Part shown: positions 38,258-54,581 of the stretch, one piece after another
How positions within the stretch are numbered: the stretch's first letter is position 1
How the letters are laid out: every line of letters begins with the position of its first letter
Source of the DNA: Eledone cirrhosa
Taxonomy: Eukaryota
DNA: 64,000 bases
Reading direction: 5' to 3'
NCBI GenBank assembly: GCA_964016885.1
Contig: OZ024766.1
Location: 16,678,001 to 16,742,000, forward strand
Notes under the pieces: model-generated
What the model saw: only the letters and a program-made list of their open reading frames with translations
What the model was told of the DNA's origin: nothing
Databases searched by the model: none
Position numbers and translations under genes: made by a program

Positions 38258-40039
38258 TTATGGTTTCTTACCTGTATGGGTATATTTGTGTTTAGTTAAA
38301 CTACTTAATTGAGAGAATGATTTACTACAGATATCACAGTGATGTGGCTTCTCACCTGTATGGATACGTAAGTGTTGAGTTAAGTAACTTCTTCGAGAGA
38401 ATGATTTACCACAGATATGACAGTGATATGGCTTCTCTCCTGTATGAGTACGTATGTGAGAATTTATATTACTACTAAAAGAGAATGATTTACCACAGAT
38501 ATCACAGTGATATGGTTTCTCTACTGTATGTATACGTTTGTGTGTAGTTAAGTTACCACTTCTAGAGAATGATTTACCACAGATATCACAGTGATATGGC
38601 TTGTCACCTGTATGGGTACGGATGTGATAAGTTAATATACTACTTAGAGAGAATGATTGACCACAGATATCACAGCGATATGGTTTCTCTCCTGTATGTA
38701 TACTTTTGTGACTAGTTAAATTACTATTAACAAAGAATGATTTACCACAGATATCACAGTGATAAGGCTTGTCTCCTGTATGAGTACGTATGTGAGAAGT
38801 TAAATTACTACTAAAAGAGAATGATTTACCACAGATATCACAGTGATATGGCTTCTCTCCTGTATGTATATGTTTGTGTGTAGTTAAATGACTACTTCGA
38901 GAGAATGAATTACCACAGATATCACAGTGATATGGTTTCTCTCCTGTATGTATACGTTTGTGTCTAGTTAAGCTACCACTTTCAGAGAATGATTTACCAC
39001 AGATATCACAGTGATATGGCTTCTCACCTGTATGTGTACGTTTGTGTCTAGTTAATTCACTATTAACAAAGAATGATTTACCACAGATATCACAGCGATA
39101 TGGTTTCTCACCTATATGTATAAGCATGTGGTTAGTTAATATACTACTTTTAGAGAATGATTTACCACAGATATCACAGTTATATGGTTTGTTTCCTGTA
39201 TGGGTACTTTTGTGGCTAGTTAAGGTATCACTGTGAGAGAATGATTTACCACAGACATCACAGTGATATGGCTTATCACCTGTATGGGTACGGATGTGAC
39301 AAGTTAATATACTACTTCGAGAGAATGATTTACCACAGATATCACAGTGATATGGTTTGTCACCTATATGTATACGCACGTGGCTAGTTAAATTACTCCT
39401 AAAAGAGAATGATTTACTACAGATATCACAGTGATATGGCTTCTCACCTGTATGTGTACGTTTGTGTCTAGTTAATGCACTATTAACAAAGAATGATTTA
39501 CCACAGATATCACAGTGATATGGCTTCTCACCTGTATGTATACGCATGTGGCTATTTAAATTACCATTAACAAAGAATGATTTACCACAGATATCACAGT
39601 GATATGGCTTCTCTCCTGTATGTGTACGTTTGTGGCTAGTTAAGGTACTACTTTGAGAGAATGATTCACCACAGATATCACAGTGATATGGCTTCTCACC
39701 TGTATGTATACGCATGTGGCTAGTTAATTTACTATTAACAAAGAATGATTTACCACAGACATCACAGTGATATGGCTTCTCTACTGTATGTGTACGTTTG
39801 TGGCTTGTTAAATTACCATTAACAAAGAATGATTTACCACAGATATCACAGTGATATGGCTTCTCTACTGTATGTATACGTTTGTGACTAGTTAATTTAC
39901 TACTTTCAGAGAATGATTTACCACAAACATCACAGTCATATGGCTTCTCTCCTCTATCCTTTGACATCTCTTCTGTAATAGCCATATCTTTAGACATTGT
40001 TTCACATTTAATCTTCTTTTCACTCAATTTATTTTCCAT
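38258..40039 (-). CDS. C2H2 zinc-finger protein ZNF-4 (20 fingers)
   Basis: 593-aa ORF with 20 intact C2H2 repeats. Confidence 0.95.
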   Translation of the reverse strand: MENKLSEKKIKCETMSKDMAITEEMSKDRGEKPYDCDVCGKSFSESSKLTSHKRIHTVEKPYHCDICGKSFFVNGNLTSHKRTHTVEKPYHCDVCGKSFFVNSKLTSHMRIHTGEKPYHCDICGESFSQSSTLTSHKRTHTGEKPYHCDICGKSFFVNGNLNSHMRIHTGEKPYHCDICGKSFFVNSALTRHKRTHTGEKPYHCDICSKSFSFRSNLTSHVRIHIGDKPYHCDICGKSFSRSSILTCHIRTHTGDKPYHCDVCGKSFSHSDTLTSHKSTHTGNKPYNCDICGKSFSKSSILTNHMLIHIGEKPYRCDICGKSFFVNSELTRHKRTHTGEKPYHCDICGKSFSESGSLTRHKRIHTGEKPYHCDICGNSFSRSSHLTTHKHIHTGEKPYHCDICGKSFSFSSNLTSHIRTHTGDKPYHCDICGKSFFVNSNLTSHKSIHTGEKPYRCDICGQSFSLSSILTYHIRTHTGDKPYHCDICGKSFSRSGNLTTHKRIHTVEKPYHCDICGKSFSFSSNINSHIRTHTGEKPYHCHICGKSFSRRSYLTQHLRIHTGEKPHHCDICSKSFSQLSSLTKHKYTHTGKKP

Positions 40040-41754
40040 AATAATTCTTCTACCCTTGGCAGAATTTACAGATGTTATTCTTTAATATTTTTTTTCCTAA
40101 AAAATATTATTTCTGTTATATTTCCCTCAACTATGATCTCAGTTAATACCTGAAGATGATGCAAACTTCTTTGTCATTGAAGCTGAGTTAAAATACAAAA
40201 TATATCTCTCATATATATATACCACACAGTGAAGAAAAGGAATTTTGTCTTTAAACTCAGTTCTGAGGAAATATATCACAGTAATTCTGATAGATTTATA
40301 TAAACAGTGTTATATAAGTTCTGTTTAAAAAGTTTTAATCTTCAAATGATGATAAATAGAGGTGATGTATCCAAGATTAAAAATAATAATTTATCCTAAT
40401 GTCATCTGATATTCTGAAATGAAAAAGAAACAGTATGAGATAATAGAGAATAGTTAAGAAGCAGAGATAGATTTAACAGTGGAAATTTTACATCTATAAA
40501 CCCTGGAAACTTTTTATTGAAAAATCAAATTATTTTAGTTTTTAATTAGTTACAAGAAATCTTTCTCCACACCTGCAACCATGAGTGTATCTGGGGTTCT
40601 TTTCTCTTCAGAGAGATGGATCCTCATGAGGTGGAGAGAATACTTTGCTGATCTCCCAAACCCGATCACAACAGCATCTTCGGATGTACATGAGGTGAAT
40701 CTGATAGCGGTGACTAATCTCTCGGAGGCTGAGGTCACAAGAGCAATTAAAGAGCTCAAATGTGACCAACTCATGTGTGTCAGATGGCCTGGGTCTCTGA
40801 AATGGCACTCAAGCAAAGGCAATCGGGAGTGATAATCCCAATTTATAAAAAGGGACACACGAGAGATTGTTCCAAATAGAGAGGGATCACCTTGTTAAGA
40901 CTCCCTGGTAAAGTATATGCAAAGTTTCTGGCAAAGTGATGTAGCGAGTCGAAGCTAGCTGATGGACAGTGCTGTTTGCTCCCTGGGTGCAACATAACCC
41001 ACCAAATATTCACACTGTGGCAGCTCTTTGAGAAATCGTGGGAGTATTGCTAAGAGGTATATATTATCGTTTTATAGACCTGGAAAATGCACATGACAGC
41101 ATTCTTCAGGACCTGCTGAGCATACAGGAGTTCCCATGGGCAGCCAGTCTTAAACATCTCTGTTATAGGCTGCAGGACGATAATAACTAAGTGAGGGCCA
41201 AGAACAGAGCCCTGGTGGACACCAGACTACACTCCAAATTATTCACTATAATCGTTTCTATTTTAAACACAAGGCCAGCAATTAACCAGTACATTACTGG
41301 TACTTTATTTTATCGACCCCGTATGGATGTAAGGCAAAGTTAACCTCGGCGGGATTTGAACTCAGATCATAAAGGGACGTAACTCTGTGCCTCAAAGCAT
41401 GGTGTCCGACTCTCTACCGATACTGCCACTTCACTATAATGAATGTTAATCCTGACATTGCTGACTGCTCTTCTATACATGGCTTTATGATCCTCTATAC
41501 AAGACATGTATCAGACGGTTATTCAGCTAGCTCTTTAGAGTATTAGAACCTTATTATGTACAGCCACCGAGATCCCACACCAACAGATGTCCCTTCACCA
41601 TCAAAGCAGTTCCCTGAAATACTCAACCCCTACTTGGCTGGCTAACTCAGACATAATTATAATGAAATGAAACCCACAATAAAGTAATGTTCAACCATAA
41701 GTAGATGAAGTTAATTAAATTGTAAGAGATTTAGACTAAAATAGACAAAATATG

Positions 41755-41975
41755 AATTTACTTAAAGCAACAACAAGGTACAGCTAAATATAAAATATAT
41801 TTTATAATGTACGGTAGTGAACCACATAATTAAATAGACGGAGGTAATTTAAATAATAAATATATCTTTAATTTATTTAAAGCAATAACAAGGTACAGCT
41901 AAATATAAACTATATTTTATAATGTACGGTAGTGAATAAGATAATTAAATAGACGGAGGTAATTTAAATAATAAA
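41755..41975. repeat. Satellite A, ~2 units
   Basis: Same 115-bp unit. Confidence 0.9.
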
Positions 41976-44900
41976 GACAGTCATAACAATATATTTTATG
42001 TCACATGTAACAGTGGAATCTGGTTAATTACTGGTGCGTTGTAGGGGTCACATAATTATATTATTTACACACATTAATATAGACATTAAGTAAATCTTTG
42101 TCAACTTACCTCCTTCACATATAATCAATGTATTGTGTTGTTAGTTGTTACTAAACAACCAAAGAAATAATCTCTTTGTTATCAAATTAGAAGTTCCAAT
42201 GTTATCAGCTTTATTTCACGACATTAACGTTGGTGTATCTTCTTCATCTTTAGTCATAAATTGATATCTTGTGAGAATGAAGTAGTGAGACTGACTTTAT
42301 GTCTTTAGCTACAGATTTGATAGGAAATATATATATTAGGTTGATATGTGGTCTAAAATATATATATTGTCTATAAATTACTGATAGCAGATGTTCTGGT
42401 GAAATAGTAGTTTTACTACTACAGATTGTAATGGAACTCTTAGTAAACACAATTGTAAAGTAAGAATATATATGACAGTGTAAGACTGATGTCGGGGAAT
42501 TAAAATTGTGTGTGTATATATATATAATTGTTACACAAGATATAATTAGATTAATTAAAGTTATAACGAAGACAGCAGGTACTCGGTGTCTTAGCGAATG
42601 TTTCGACTCTCGTACGGTGTCAGACGTGACAAGTCCCTGACATAATTTAGTACCTTCACACACGTTTCCAGTCGTATTTAATTCTATAGTGATGTGATTT
42701 ATTAAAAAGAAATGTGATAATTGTTTCTACTTTTGGCACAAGGCCAGCAATTACCCTAGTGTATTACTGGTACTTTATTTTATCGACCCCGTAATAATTG
42801 TTTCTACTTTAGGCACAAGGCCAGTAAATACGCTAGTGAATTACTGGTACTTTATTATATCAACCCCGTAATAATTGTTTCTACATTAGGCACAAGGCCA
42901 GCAATACCCCAGTACATTACTGGTACTTTATTTTATCGAACCCGTAGGGATGAAAGGCAAAGCTAACCTCTGAGGGATTAACTTTGCTTTTCATCTTTAT
43001 CTCTATACATATAGAAAATGGACAGAGTGTGTACTTCACTGAAACCACTGCTCATCAGTTGACACCAGCACCACCTGACACTACTCTAACTGCATTTTTG
43101 AAACACTGCCAGAATAAAGAATTTGTTCGATCCCTCCTATATGCTGACATCCCAAAATACTACACCTGGATCTATTGTAAGACTTGGAATCAAAGGAAGC
43201 AGGGTCATTTAGTGGAAGGTGATGAAGTCAAGGCAAGTGATGCTATTGGGCATGTTTACAATGACCACCCCAACAACAGAGAGAGTTTTTATTTACAGCC
43301 ACTTCTGCATATTGTTCAAGGACCAACGTCAATTGAGGATCTCAGGTGATTTGGTGGAAGAGTGCAGCAAATAACAAGAAGCATCTAAAGAACATCAAAT
43401 TCTGCATGGCCATTAATCTTCCTTGTATATATTCCATTAAAGAAATATATTTCACCAATTAATCGATTGGTAAACGACAGTAGCCAGATCTTGGATTCTC
43501 AACAAGGAAGAAGTCCAACCATCTGTGTTTACGCGTCAAGTTCAAATCAGCGACTGACCAGTAACACGTGCTGTATCTACTAAAAATACACACAACATAC
43601 CAGCTTCGTCCCAGTGGCGTGAATAGGGTTATTGACAACTAGAAACAGCAGTCAGGTCCTTTCAACAGAGTTAGCTCTACAATTAAGAGGCCGTACTTAT
43701 ATATATATTTCCAAAATTAAGATAAATTAAAATAAAATTAATCTAAATCAAATTATGGGTGTAATGCCAGAAAGACATGCGCCATATCACCCGTAAAATA
43801 AGCTCCATGGAGCTTATTTTACGGGTGATATGTCACATGTCTTTCTGGCATGACTCCCATAATTTGATTTACATTAATTTTATTTTAATTTATCTTAATT
43901 TTGGATATATATATATAAATACAGAGAAAGAGAAGAGTAGACAAACAGACAATGACAAAGGAGAGGAATTAACCACCCCAGTATTTCACTGGTATTTCAT
44001 TTATTGGCCTCAAAATATCGAAGCAAATTTACCTCAGTAGGATTTGTACTCTGAGAACTAGAACAGACACTGAAAATATATCAAGATGTGCACACATGTA
44101 TATAAGAAAACATATAAACATACACATACATATATACACACACACATATACACAAATACAGATAATCATTTTCATGGACAGAAACTTCTACACACTGACA
44201 TATACACTCATACATATATATATATATATATATATATAGGAAAATGTTTAACCCCGACGGCAGAGCTCAAGCCATTTCGACGGTTATTTCTGGACTGTTT
44301 CCAGAAATAGCCGTCGAAACGGATTGAGCTCTGCCGTCGGGGTTAAACATTTTCCTATTACCCGCTCTACTACCGTAAGTATTGAGTACTCTGGTGCGTA
44401 TATGGTCCATCTGGTTCTTTACCACACCTCCTTTGTTATATATATATATAAAATCATAAGAAACGAAAGGAGCTGTGTGGTTACTGTAAACAAAGTTTAA
44501 GATGGTAATATGGATGAAAGGAGAGAAGAAACCCTTCATCAGCTGTAAACCGAGATCATAGATGTTTTGGCACATATATATATATACAGTGTTTGTAAAT
44601 TCTGTACCATACAGATTTGTCAGCATAAGTCTTGGTTACAACTTCTACAAATAAAATGAAAGGAGAATAATTTCAGAACAAACAAGTTTTATTGAAAACA
44701 TTAACAACATTGGTGGCACTATGTTGGGTGAGTGACATGGTTTTTATCTTGTCTGATTGTGTTTGTGTTCCATTAAGTAATCTTATGTTGGTACCACAAC
44801 ATTTAGAAAATGATTTACCACAGACAACACAGTGATATGGTTCCTCTCCTGTATATGTTAGTGTCTAGTAAAGTCACAACATTTAGAGAAGGATTTATCA

Positions 44901-45122
44901 CAGACATCACAGTGATATAGTTCCTCTCCTGTATATGTTAGTGTCTAGTGAAGCCACATTTAGAGAAGGATTTACTGCAGATATCACAGTGATATGGTTC
45001 CTCTCCTGTATATGTTAGTGTGTAGGGAAGCCACGACATTTAGAGAATGATTTACTGCAGATATCACAACGATATGGTTCCTTTTCTTTAAATGTTAGTG
45101 CTGAGTGAAGTGACTTATTTCA

Positions 45123-45257
<135 letters not shown>

Positions 45258-45392
45258 TTATGTTTGTATGTAGTTAATGTAGCAATACAAGAGAATAATT
45301 TCTCCGCAATATCACAGTGGTATGACTTCACTCATATGAATGTATTTGTGTCTAATTAATTTACAATTTTGAGACAATGAGATATGACTTTG

Positions 45393-46082
45393 TTATGGTT
45401 TCTTACCTGTATGGTTATATTTGTGTCTAGTTAAACTACTTAATTGAGAGAATGATTTACCACAGATATCACAGTGATATGGCTTGTCACCTGTATGGGT
45501 ACGGATGTGACAAGTTAATATACTACTTAGAGAGAATGATTGACCACAGATATCACAGCGATATGGTTTCTCTCCTGTATGTATACTTTTGTGACTAGTT
45601 AAATTACTATTAACAAACAATGATTTACCACAGATACCACAGTGATAAGGCTTGTCTCCTGTATGAGTACGTATGTGAGAAGTTAAATTACCACTTCTAG
45701 AGAATGATTTACCACAGATATCACAGTGATATGGCTTCTCTCCTGTATGTATATGTTTGTGTGTAGTTAAATGACTACTTCGAGAGAATGATTTACCACA
45801 GATATCACAGTGATATGGCTTCTCTCCTGTATGGGTACGTTTGTGTCTAGTTAAGGCATTACTTACAGAGAATGATTTACCACAGATATCACAGTGATAT
45901 GGTTTCTCTACTGTATGTATACGTTTGTGACTAGTTAATTTACTACTAACAGAGAATGATTTAGCACAGACATCACAGTGATATGGCTTCTCTCCTCTAT
46001 CCTTTGACATCTCTTCTGTAATAGCCATATCTTTAGTCATTGTTTCACATTTAATCTTCTTTTCACTCAATATATTTTCCAT
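45393..46082 (-). CDS. C2H2 zinc-finger protein ZNF-5 (7 fingers; own first exon deleted)
   Basis: Intact 229-aa ORF; the upstream donor/exon-1 region found in other units is absent. Confidence 0.8.
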   Translation of the reverse strand: MENILSEKKIKCETMTKDMAITEEMSKDRGEKPYHCDVCAKSFSVSSKLTSHKRIHTVEKPYHCDICGKSFSVSNALTRHKRTHTGEKPYHCDICGKSFSRSSHLTTHKHIHTGEKPYHCDICGKSFSRSGNLTSHIRTHTGDKPYHCGICGKSLFVNSNLTSHKSIHTGEKPYRCDICGQSFSLSSILTCHIRTHTGDKPYHCDICGKSFSQLSSLTRHKYNHTGKKP

Positions 46083-46324
46083 ACTAATTTTTCTTCCCTT
46101 GGCAGAATTTACAGATGTTATTCTTTAATATTTTTTATGTTATATTCCTAAAAAATATTACTTCTGTTATATTTCCCTCAATTATGATCTCAGTTAATAC
46201 CTGAAGATGATGCAAACTTCTTTGTCATTGAAGTTGAGTTAAAATACAAAATATATCTCTCATATATATACCACACAGTGAAGAAAAGGAATTTTGTCTT
46301 TAAACTCAGTTCTGAGGAAATATA

Positions 46325-46558
46325 TCACAGTAATTCTGATAGATTTATATAAACAGTGTTATATAAGTTCTGATTAAAAAGTTTTAATCTTCAAATGATG
46401 ATAAATAGAGGTGATGTATCCAAGATTGAAAATAATAATTTTCACAGCAATTCTGATAGATTTATATAAACAGTGTTATATAAGTTCTGTTTAAAAAGTT
46501 TTAATCTTCAAATGATGATAAATAGAGGTGATGTATCCAAGATTGAAAAAAATAATTT
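46325..46558. repeat. 117-bp tandem duplication in the ZNF-5 5'UTR
   Basis: TCACAG.AATTCTGATAG...AATAATTT occurs at 46325 and 46442; single copy in other units. Confidence 0.85.
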
Positions 46559-47206
46559 ATCCCAATGTCATCTGATATTCTGAAATGAAAAAGAAACAGT
46601 ATGAGATAATAGAGAATAGTTAAGAAGCAGAGATAGATTTAACAGTGGAAATTTTACATGTATAAACCCTGCAAACTTTTTATTGAAAAATCAAATTATT
46701 TTAGTTTTTAATTAGTTACAAGAAATCTTCCTCCACACCTGCAACCATGAGTGCATCTGGGGTTCTCTTCTCTTCAGAGAGATGGATCCTCATGAGGTGG
46801 AAAGAATACTTTGCTGATCTCCCAAACCCGATCACAACAGCATTTCGGATGTACATGAGGTGAATCTGGTAGCGGTGACTAATCTCTCGGAGGCTGAGGT
46901 CACAAGAGCTATTAAAGAGCTCAAATGTGACCGACTCATGTGTGTCAGATGGCCTGGGTCTCTGAAATGGCACTCAAGCAAGGCAATCGGGAGTGATAAT
47001 CCCAATTTATAAAAAGGGACACACGAGAGATTGTTCCAAATAGAGAGGGATCTCCTTGTTAAGCCTCCCTAGTAAAGTCTATGCTAAGTTTCTGACAAAG
47101 TGATGTAGCGAGTCCAAGCTAGCTGATGGACAGTGCTGTTTTCTCCCTGGGTGCAACATAACCAACCAAATATTCACACTGTGGCAGGTCTTTGAGAAAT
47201 CGTGAA

Positions 47207-49505
47207 CAGCCAGTTAAATAAGACAGCCATGGACACCTGTATGACAACTGACATTGGAAGAAGAGACTAGAAGGAGCAGTCACTGGAGTAGCCAGTTAAA
47301 TAAGACAGCCATGGACACCTGTATGACAACTGACATTGGAAGAAGGGACTAGAAGGAGCAGTCACTGTAGTAGCCAGTTAAATAAGACAGCCATGGACTC
47401 CTGTATGACAACTAACATTCGAAGAAGGGACTAGAAGGAGCAGTCACTGGAGTAGCCAGTTAAATAAGACAGCCATGGACACCTGTATGACAACTGACAT
47501 TGGAAGAAGGGACTAGAAGGAGCAATCACTGGAATAGCCAGTTAAATAAGACAGCCATGGATTCCTGTATGACAACTGACATTGGAAAGAGAGACTAGAA
47601 GGAGCAGTCACTGGAGTAGCCAGTTAAATAAGTCAGCCATGGACACCTGTATGACAACTGACGTTGGAAGAAGAGTCTAGAAGGAGCAGTCACTGGAGTA
47701 GCCAGTTAAATAAGACAGTCATGGACTCCTGTATGACAATTGACATTGGAAGAAGAGACTAGAAGGAGCAGTCACTGGAGTAGCCAGTTAAATAAGACAG
47801 CCATGGACTTCTGTATGACAACTGAGATTGGAAGAAGGGACTAGAAGGAGCAGTCACTGGAGTAGCCAGTTAAATAAGACAGCCATGGACTCCTGTATGA
47901 CAACTGACATTGGATGAAGGGACTAGAAGGAGCAGTCACTGGAGTAGCCAGTTAAATAAGACAGCCATGGACTCCTGTATGACAACTGACATTGGAAGAA
48001 GAGATTAGAAGGAGCAGTCACTGGAGTAGCCAGTTAAATAAGTCAGCCATGGACACCTGTATGACAACTGACATTGGAAGAAGAGACTAGAAGGAGCAGT
48101 CACTGGAGTAGCCAGTTATATAAGACAGCCATGGACACCTGTATGACAACTGACATTGGAAGAAGAGACTAGAAGGAGCAGTCACTGGAGTAGCCAGTTA
48201 AATAAGACAGCCATGGACTTCTGTATGACAACTGACATTGGCAGAAGGGACTAGAAGGAGCAGTCACTGGAGTAGCCACTTAAATAAGACAGTCATGGAC
48301 TCCTGTATGACAACTAACATTCGAAGAAGGGTCTAGAAGGAGCAGTCACTGGAGTAGCCAGTTAAATAAGACAGTTATGGACTCCTGTATGACAATTGAC
48401 ATCGGAAGAAGAGACTAGAAGGAGCAGTCACTGGAGTAGCCAGTTAAATAAGACAGTTATGGACTCCTGTATGACAATTGACATCGGAAGAAGAGACTAG
48501 AAGGAGCAGTCACTGGAGTAGCCAGTTAAATAAGACAGCCATGGACTCCTGTATGACAACTGACATTGGAAGAAGAGACTAGAAGGAGCAGTCACTGGAG
48601 TAGCCAGTTAAATAAGACAGCCATGGACTTCTGTATGACAACTGACATTGGCAGAAGGGACTAGAAGGAGCAGTCACTGGAGTAGCCACTTAAATAAGAC
48701 AGTCATGGACTCCTGTATGACAACTAACATTCGAAGAAGGGTCTAGAAGGAGCAGTCACTGGAGTAGCCAGTTAAATAAGACAGCCATGGACACCTGTAT
48801 GACAACTGACATTGGAAGAAGGGACTAGAAGGAGCAGTCACTGGAATAGCCAGTTAAATAAGACAGCCATGGACTCCTGTATGACAACTAACATTGGAAA
48901 GATAGACGAGAAGGAGCAGTCACTGGAGTAGCCAGTTAAATAAGACAGTCATGGACACCTGTATGACAACTAACATTGGAAGAAGGGACTAGAAGGAGCA
49001 GTCACTGGAGTAGCCAGTTAAATAACAGCCATGGACACCTATATGACAACTGATATTGGAAGAAGGGACTAGAAGGAGCAGTCACTGGAGTAGCCAGTTA
49101 AATAACAGCCATGGACTCCTGTATGACAACTGACATTGGAAAAAGGGACTAGAAGGAGTAGTCACTGGAGTAGCCAGTTAAATAAAACAGCCATAGACTC
49201 CTGTATGACAACTGACATGGGAAGAAGGGACTAGAGGGAGCAGTCACTGGAGTGGCCAATTAAATAAGACAGCCATGGACACCTGTATGACAACTGACAT
49301 TGGAAGAAGCAGTCACTGGAGTAGCCAGTTAAATAAGACAGCCATGGACTTCTGTATGACAACTGACATTGGAAGAAGGGACTAGAAGGAGCAGTCACTG
49401 GAGTAGCCAGTTAAATAAGACAGCCATGGACTTCTGTATGACAACTGACATTGGAAGAAGGGACTAGAAGGAGCAGTCACTGGAGTAGCCAGTTAAATAA
49501 GACAG
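47207..49505 (+). repeat. Satellite B, ~28 units
   Basis: Same 82-bp unit. Confidence 0.95.
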
Positions 49506-51957
49506 TTGTTTGCTACTATACTCACAGCATGTGGAATAAATCTCATCTTCCCTGGCAGGAGCACAAAAACAATATGTCAGACGACTATCTACGCCTAGCC
49601 CAAAGACGTTATAGCAATATATATGTGGAATCTACCTCCAAGATTTACAATCAAGCTCTGTGCAACCTGTCCCATTGAATTCCAGCAATGCAGGATGCCA
49701 GAGCCAGAAGAAATTGAGGTAATACAATCAGTTTTTCAGGAGACAAACCATGATATTGAAGTGTTGCGTAAGTTTGTGAATGAAAATAAACCTTGACTGG
49801 TAGATGACCAGAAATATGCCTACCACAACATCATGAAAAACATTCAACATGACAGCACCCAGCACTCTCTGTAAATGAGGTTAGCGTTAGGAAGGGCATC
49901 CATCTGTAGAAATCAAGCCTCAATCAGTTCCTGTCCCACCCTTGCAAGCAGGGAAAATGCGGACGTGAAATGAAATGATGAATGATGATGTCCCTCCCAT
50001 ATTTTCAATAATGTCACTTTGACGAACCAAAAGATAAATAACAGAAAAACAGACCCTAAAATATATTTTCCGTGCTATTTCCAACTTCACCTTTTCTCTA
50101 TATATAGAGAGAGCGCGAGGACAATTTGTCATGTCTTCATTACATAGGTGCTATTTTAAATAAACATCTTTTAACGGTCTGTTCTGCTATATTTTACTTT
50201 TCCACGTATATATATATATATCAACTAGAAATTGATTGACATATAAATAAACATATGAAACAATGACAGGGGATAATTTGTAAATGTGTGTAAGCACACA
50301 TAGCTAGGTAGGTAACTAAATAAAGTTTAACTAGAACTTCAAAAATAGATACCTTAGAAAATGATTAATCTTCCTTGTATATATTCCATTAAAGAAATAT
50401 ATTTCACCAATTAATCGATTGGTAAACGACAGTAGCCAGATCTTGGATTCTCAACAAGGAAGAAGTCCAACCATCTGTGTTTACGCATCAAGTTCAAATC
50501 AGCGACTGTCCAGTAACACGTAATGTATCTACTAAAAATACACACATCATACCAGCTTCGTCCCAGTGGCGTGAATAGGGTTATTGTCTACTAGAAACAG
50601 CAGTCAGGTTCTTTCAACAGAGTTAGCTCTACAATTAAGAGGCCCTATTTATATATATATATATCCAAAATTAAGATAAATTAAAATGAAATTAATCTGA
50701 ATCGTATCATGGGTGTCATGCCAATAAGACAGGCGCCATATCGCTCATAAAATAAGCTCCATGGACCTTATTTTACGAGTGATATGGCGCATGTCTTTCT
50801 GTCATGACACCCATAATTTGATATAGATTAATTTTATTTATCTTAATTTTGGATATATATATATATATACAGAGAAAGAGAAGAGTAGACAAACAGACAA
50901 TGACAAAGAAGAGGAATTAACCCCACACCCCCAGTATTTCACTGGTATTTCATTTATTGACCTCAAAATAACGAAGCAACTTTACCTCAGTGGGATTTGT
51001 ACTCTGAGAACTAGAACAGACACTGAAAATATATCAAGATGTGCACACATGTATATAAGAACACATATAAACATACATATACATATACACACACACATAT
51101 ACACAAATAAAGATAATCATTTTCATGGACAGAAATTTCTACACACTGACATATACACTCATACATATATATATATATAGGAAAATGTTTAACCCCGATG
51201 GCAGAGCTCAAGCCATTTCGACGGTTATGTCTGGACTGTTTCCAGAAATAGCCGTCGAAACAGATTGAGCTCTGCCGTCGGGGTTAAACATTTTCCTATT
51301 ACCCGCTCTACTACCGTAAATATTGAGTACTCTGGTGCGTATATGGTCCATCTGGTTCTTTACCACACCTCCTTTGTTATATATATATATAAAATCATAA
51401 GAAATGAAAGGAGGTGTGTGGTTACTGTAAACAAAGTTTAAGATGGTAATATGGATGAAAGGAGAGAGGAAACCCTTCATCAGCTGTAAACCGAGATCAT
51501 AGATGTTTTGGCACATATATATATATATATAGTGTTTGTAAATTCTGTACCATACAGATTTGTCAGCATAAGTCTTGGTTACAACTTCTACAAATAAAAT
51601 GAAAGGAGAATAATTTCAGAACAAACAAGTTTTATTGAAAACATTAACAACATTGGTGGCACTATTTTGGGTGAGTGACATGGTTTTTATCTTGTCTGAT
51701 TGTGTTTGTGTTCCATTAAGTAACCTTATGTTGGTACCACAACATTTAGAAAATGATTTACCACAGACAACACAGTGATATGGTTCCTCTCCTGTATATG
51801 TTAGTGTCTAGTAAAGTCACAACATTTAGAGAAGGATTTATCACAGACATCACAGTGATATGGTTCCTCTCCTGTATATGTTAGTGTCTAGTGAAGCCAC
51901 ATTTAGAGAAGGATTTACTGCAGATATCACAGTGATATGGTTCCTCTCCTGTATATG

Positions 51958-52578
<621 letters not shown>

Positions 52579-54257
52579 TTAATATTTTTTATATTATATT
52601 CCTAAAAAATATTTCTTCTGTTATATTTCCCTCAATTGTGATCTCAGTTAATACCTGAAGATGATGCAAACTTCTTTGTCATTGAAGTTGAGTTAAAATA
52701 CAAAATATATCTTTCATATATATACCACACAGTGAAGAAAAGGAATTTTGTCTTTCAACTCAGTTCTGAGGAAATATATCACAGTCATTCTGATAGATTT
52801 ATATAAACAGTGTTATATAAGTTCTGTTTAGAAAGTTTTAATCTTCAAATGATGATAAATAGAGGTGATGTATCCAAGATTGAAAATAATAATTTATCCT
52901 AATGTCATCTGATATTCTGAAATGAAAAAGAAACAGTATGAAATAATAGAGAATACTTAAGAAGCAGAGATAGATTTAACAGTGGAAATTTACATCTATA
53001 AACCTTGGAAACTTTTTATTGAAAAATCAAATTATTTTAGTTTTTAATTAGTTACAAGAAATCTTTCTCCACACCTGCAACCATGAGTGCATCTGGGGTT
53101 CTTTTCTCTTCAGAGAGATGGATCCTCATGAGGTGGAGAGAATACTTTGCTGATCTCCCAAACCCGATCACAACAGCATCTTCGGATGTACATGAGGTGA
53201 ATCTGATAGCAGTGACTAATCTCTCGGAGGCTGGGGTCACAAGAGCAATTAAAGAGCTCAAATGTGACCGACTCATGTGTGTCAGATGGCCTGGGTCTCT
53301 GAAATGGCACTCAAACAAAGGCAATCGGGAGTGATAATCCCAATTTATAAAAAGGGACACACGAGAGATTGTTCCAAATAGAGAGGGATCACATTGTTAA
53401 GCCTCCCTGGTAAAGTATATGCTAAGTTTCTGGCAAAGTGATGTAGCGAGTCCGAGCTAGCTGATGGACAGTGCTGTTTTCTCCCTGGGTGCAACATAAC
53501 CCACCAAATATTCACACTGTGGCAGGTCTTTGAGAAATCGTGGGAGTATTGCTAAGAGGTATATATTATCGTTTTATAGACCTTGAAAATGCATATGATT
53601 GCATTCTTCAGGACCTGCTGTGCACACAGGAGTTCCCATGGGCAGCCAGTCTTAAACATCTCTGTTATAGGCTGCAGGACGATAATAACTAAGTGAGGGC
53701 TAAGAACAGAGCCCTGGTGGACACCAGACTACACTCCAAATTATTCACTATAATTGTTTCTATTTTAAACACAAGGCCAGCAATTACCCAGTACATTACC
53801 CAGTACTTTAATTTATCGACCCCGTATGGATGTAAAGCAAAGTTAACCTCAGCTGGATTTGAACTCAGATCATAAAGGGACGTAACTCTGTGCCTCAAAG
53901 CATGGTGTCCGACTCTCTACCGATACTGCCACTTCACTATGAATGTTAATCCTGACATTGCTGACTACTCTTCTATACATGGCTTTATGATCCTGTATAC
54001 AAGACATGTATCAGACGGTTATTCAGCTAGCTCTTTAGAGTATTAGAACCTTATTATGTACAGCCACCGAGATCCCACACCAACAGATGTCCCCTCACCA
54101 TCAAAGCAGTTCCCTGAAATACAGATACTAAACCCCTACTTGGCTGGCTAAATCAGACATAATTATAATGAAATGAAACCCACAATAAACTAATGTTCAA
54201 CCATAAGTAGATGAAGATAATTAAATTGTAAGAGATTTAGACTAAAATAGACAAAAT

Positions 54258-54581
54258 ATTAATTTACTTAAAGCAATAACAAGCAAGGTACAGCTAAATA
54301 TAAAATATATTTTATAATGTACGGTAGTGAACCACATAATTAAATAGACGGAGGTAATTTAAATAATAAAGATATCTTTAACTTACTTAAAGCAATGACA
54401 AGGTACAGCTAAATATAAACTGTATTTTATAATGTAAGGTAGCGAACAACTTAATTAAATAATAATTATATCTTTAATTTACTTAAAGCAATGACAAGGT
54501 ACAGCTAAATATAAACTGTATTTTATAATGTAAGGTAGTGAACAAGATAATTAAATAGACGGAGGTAATTTAAATAATAAA
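54258..54581. repeat. Satellite A, ~3 units (one internally deleted)
   Basis: Same 115-bp unit. Confidence 0.9.
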
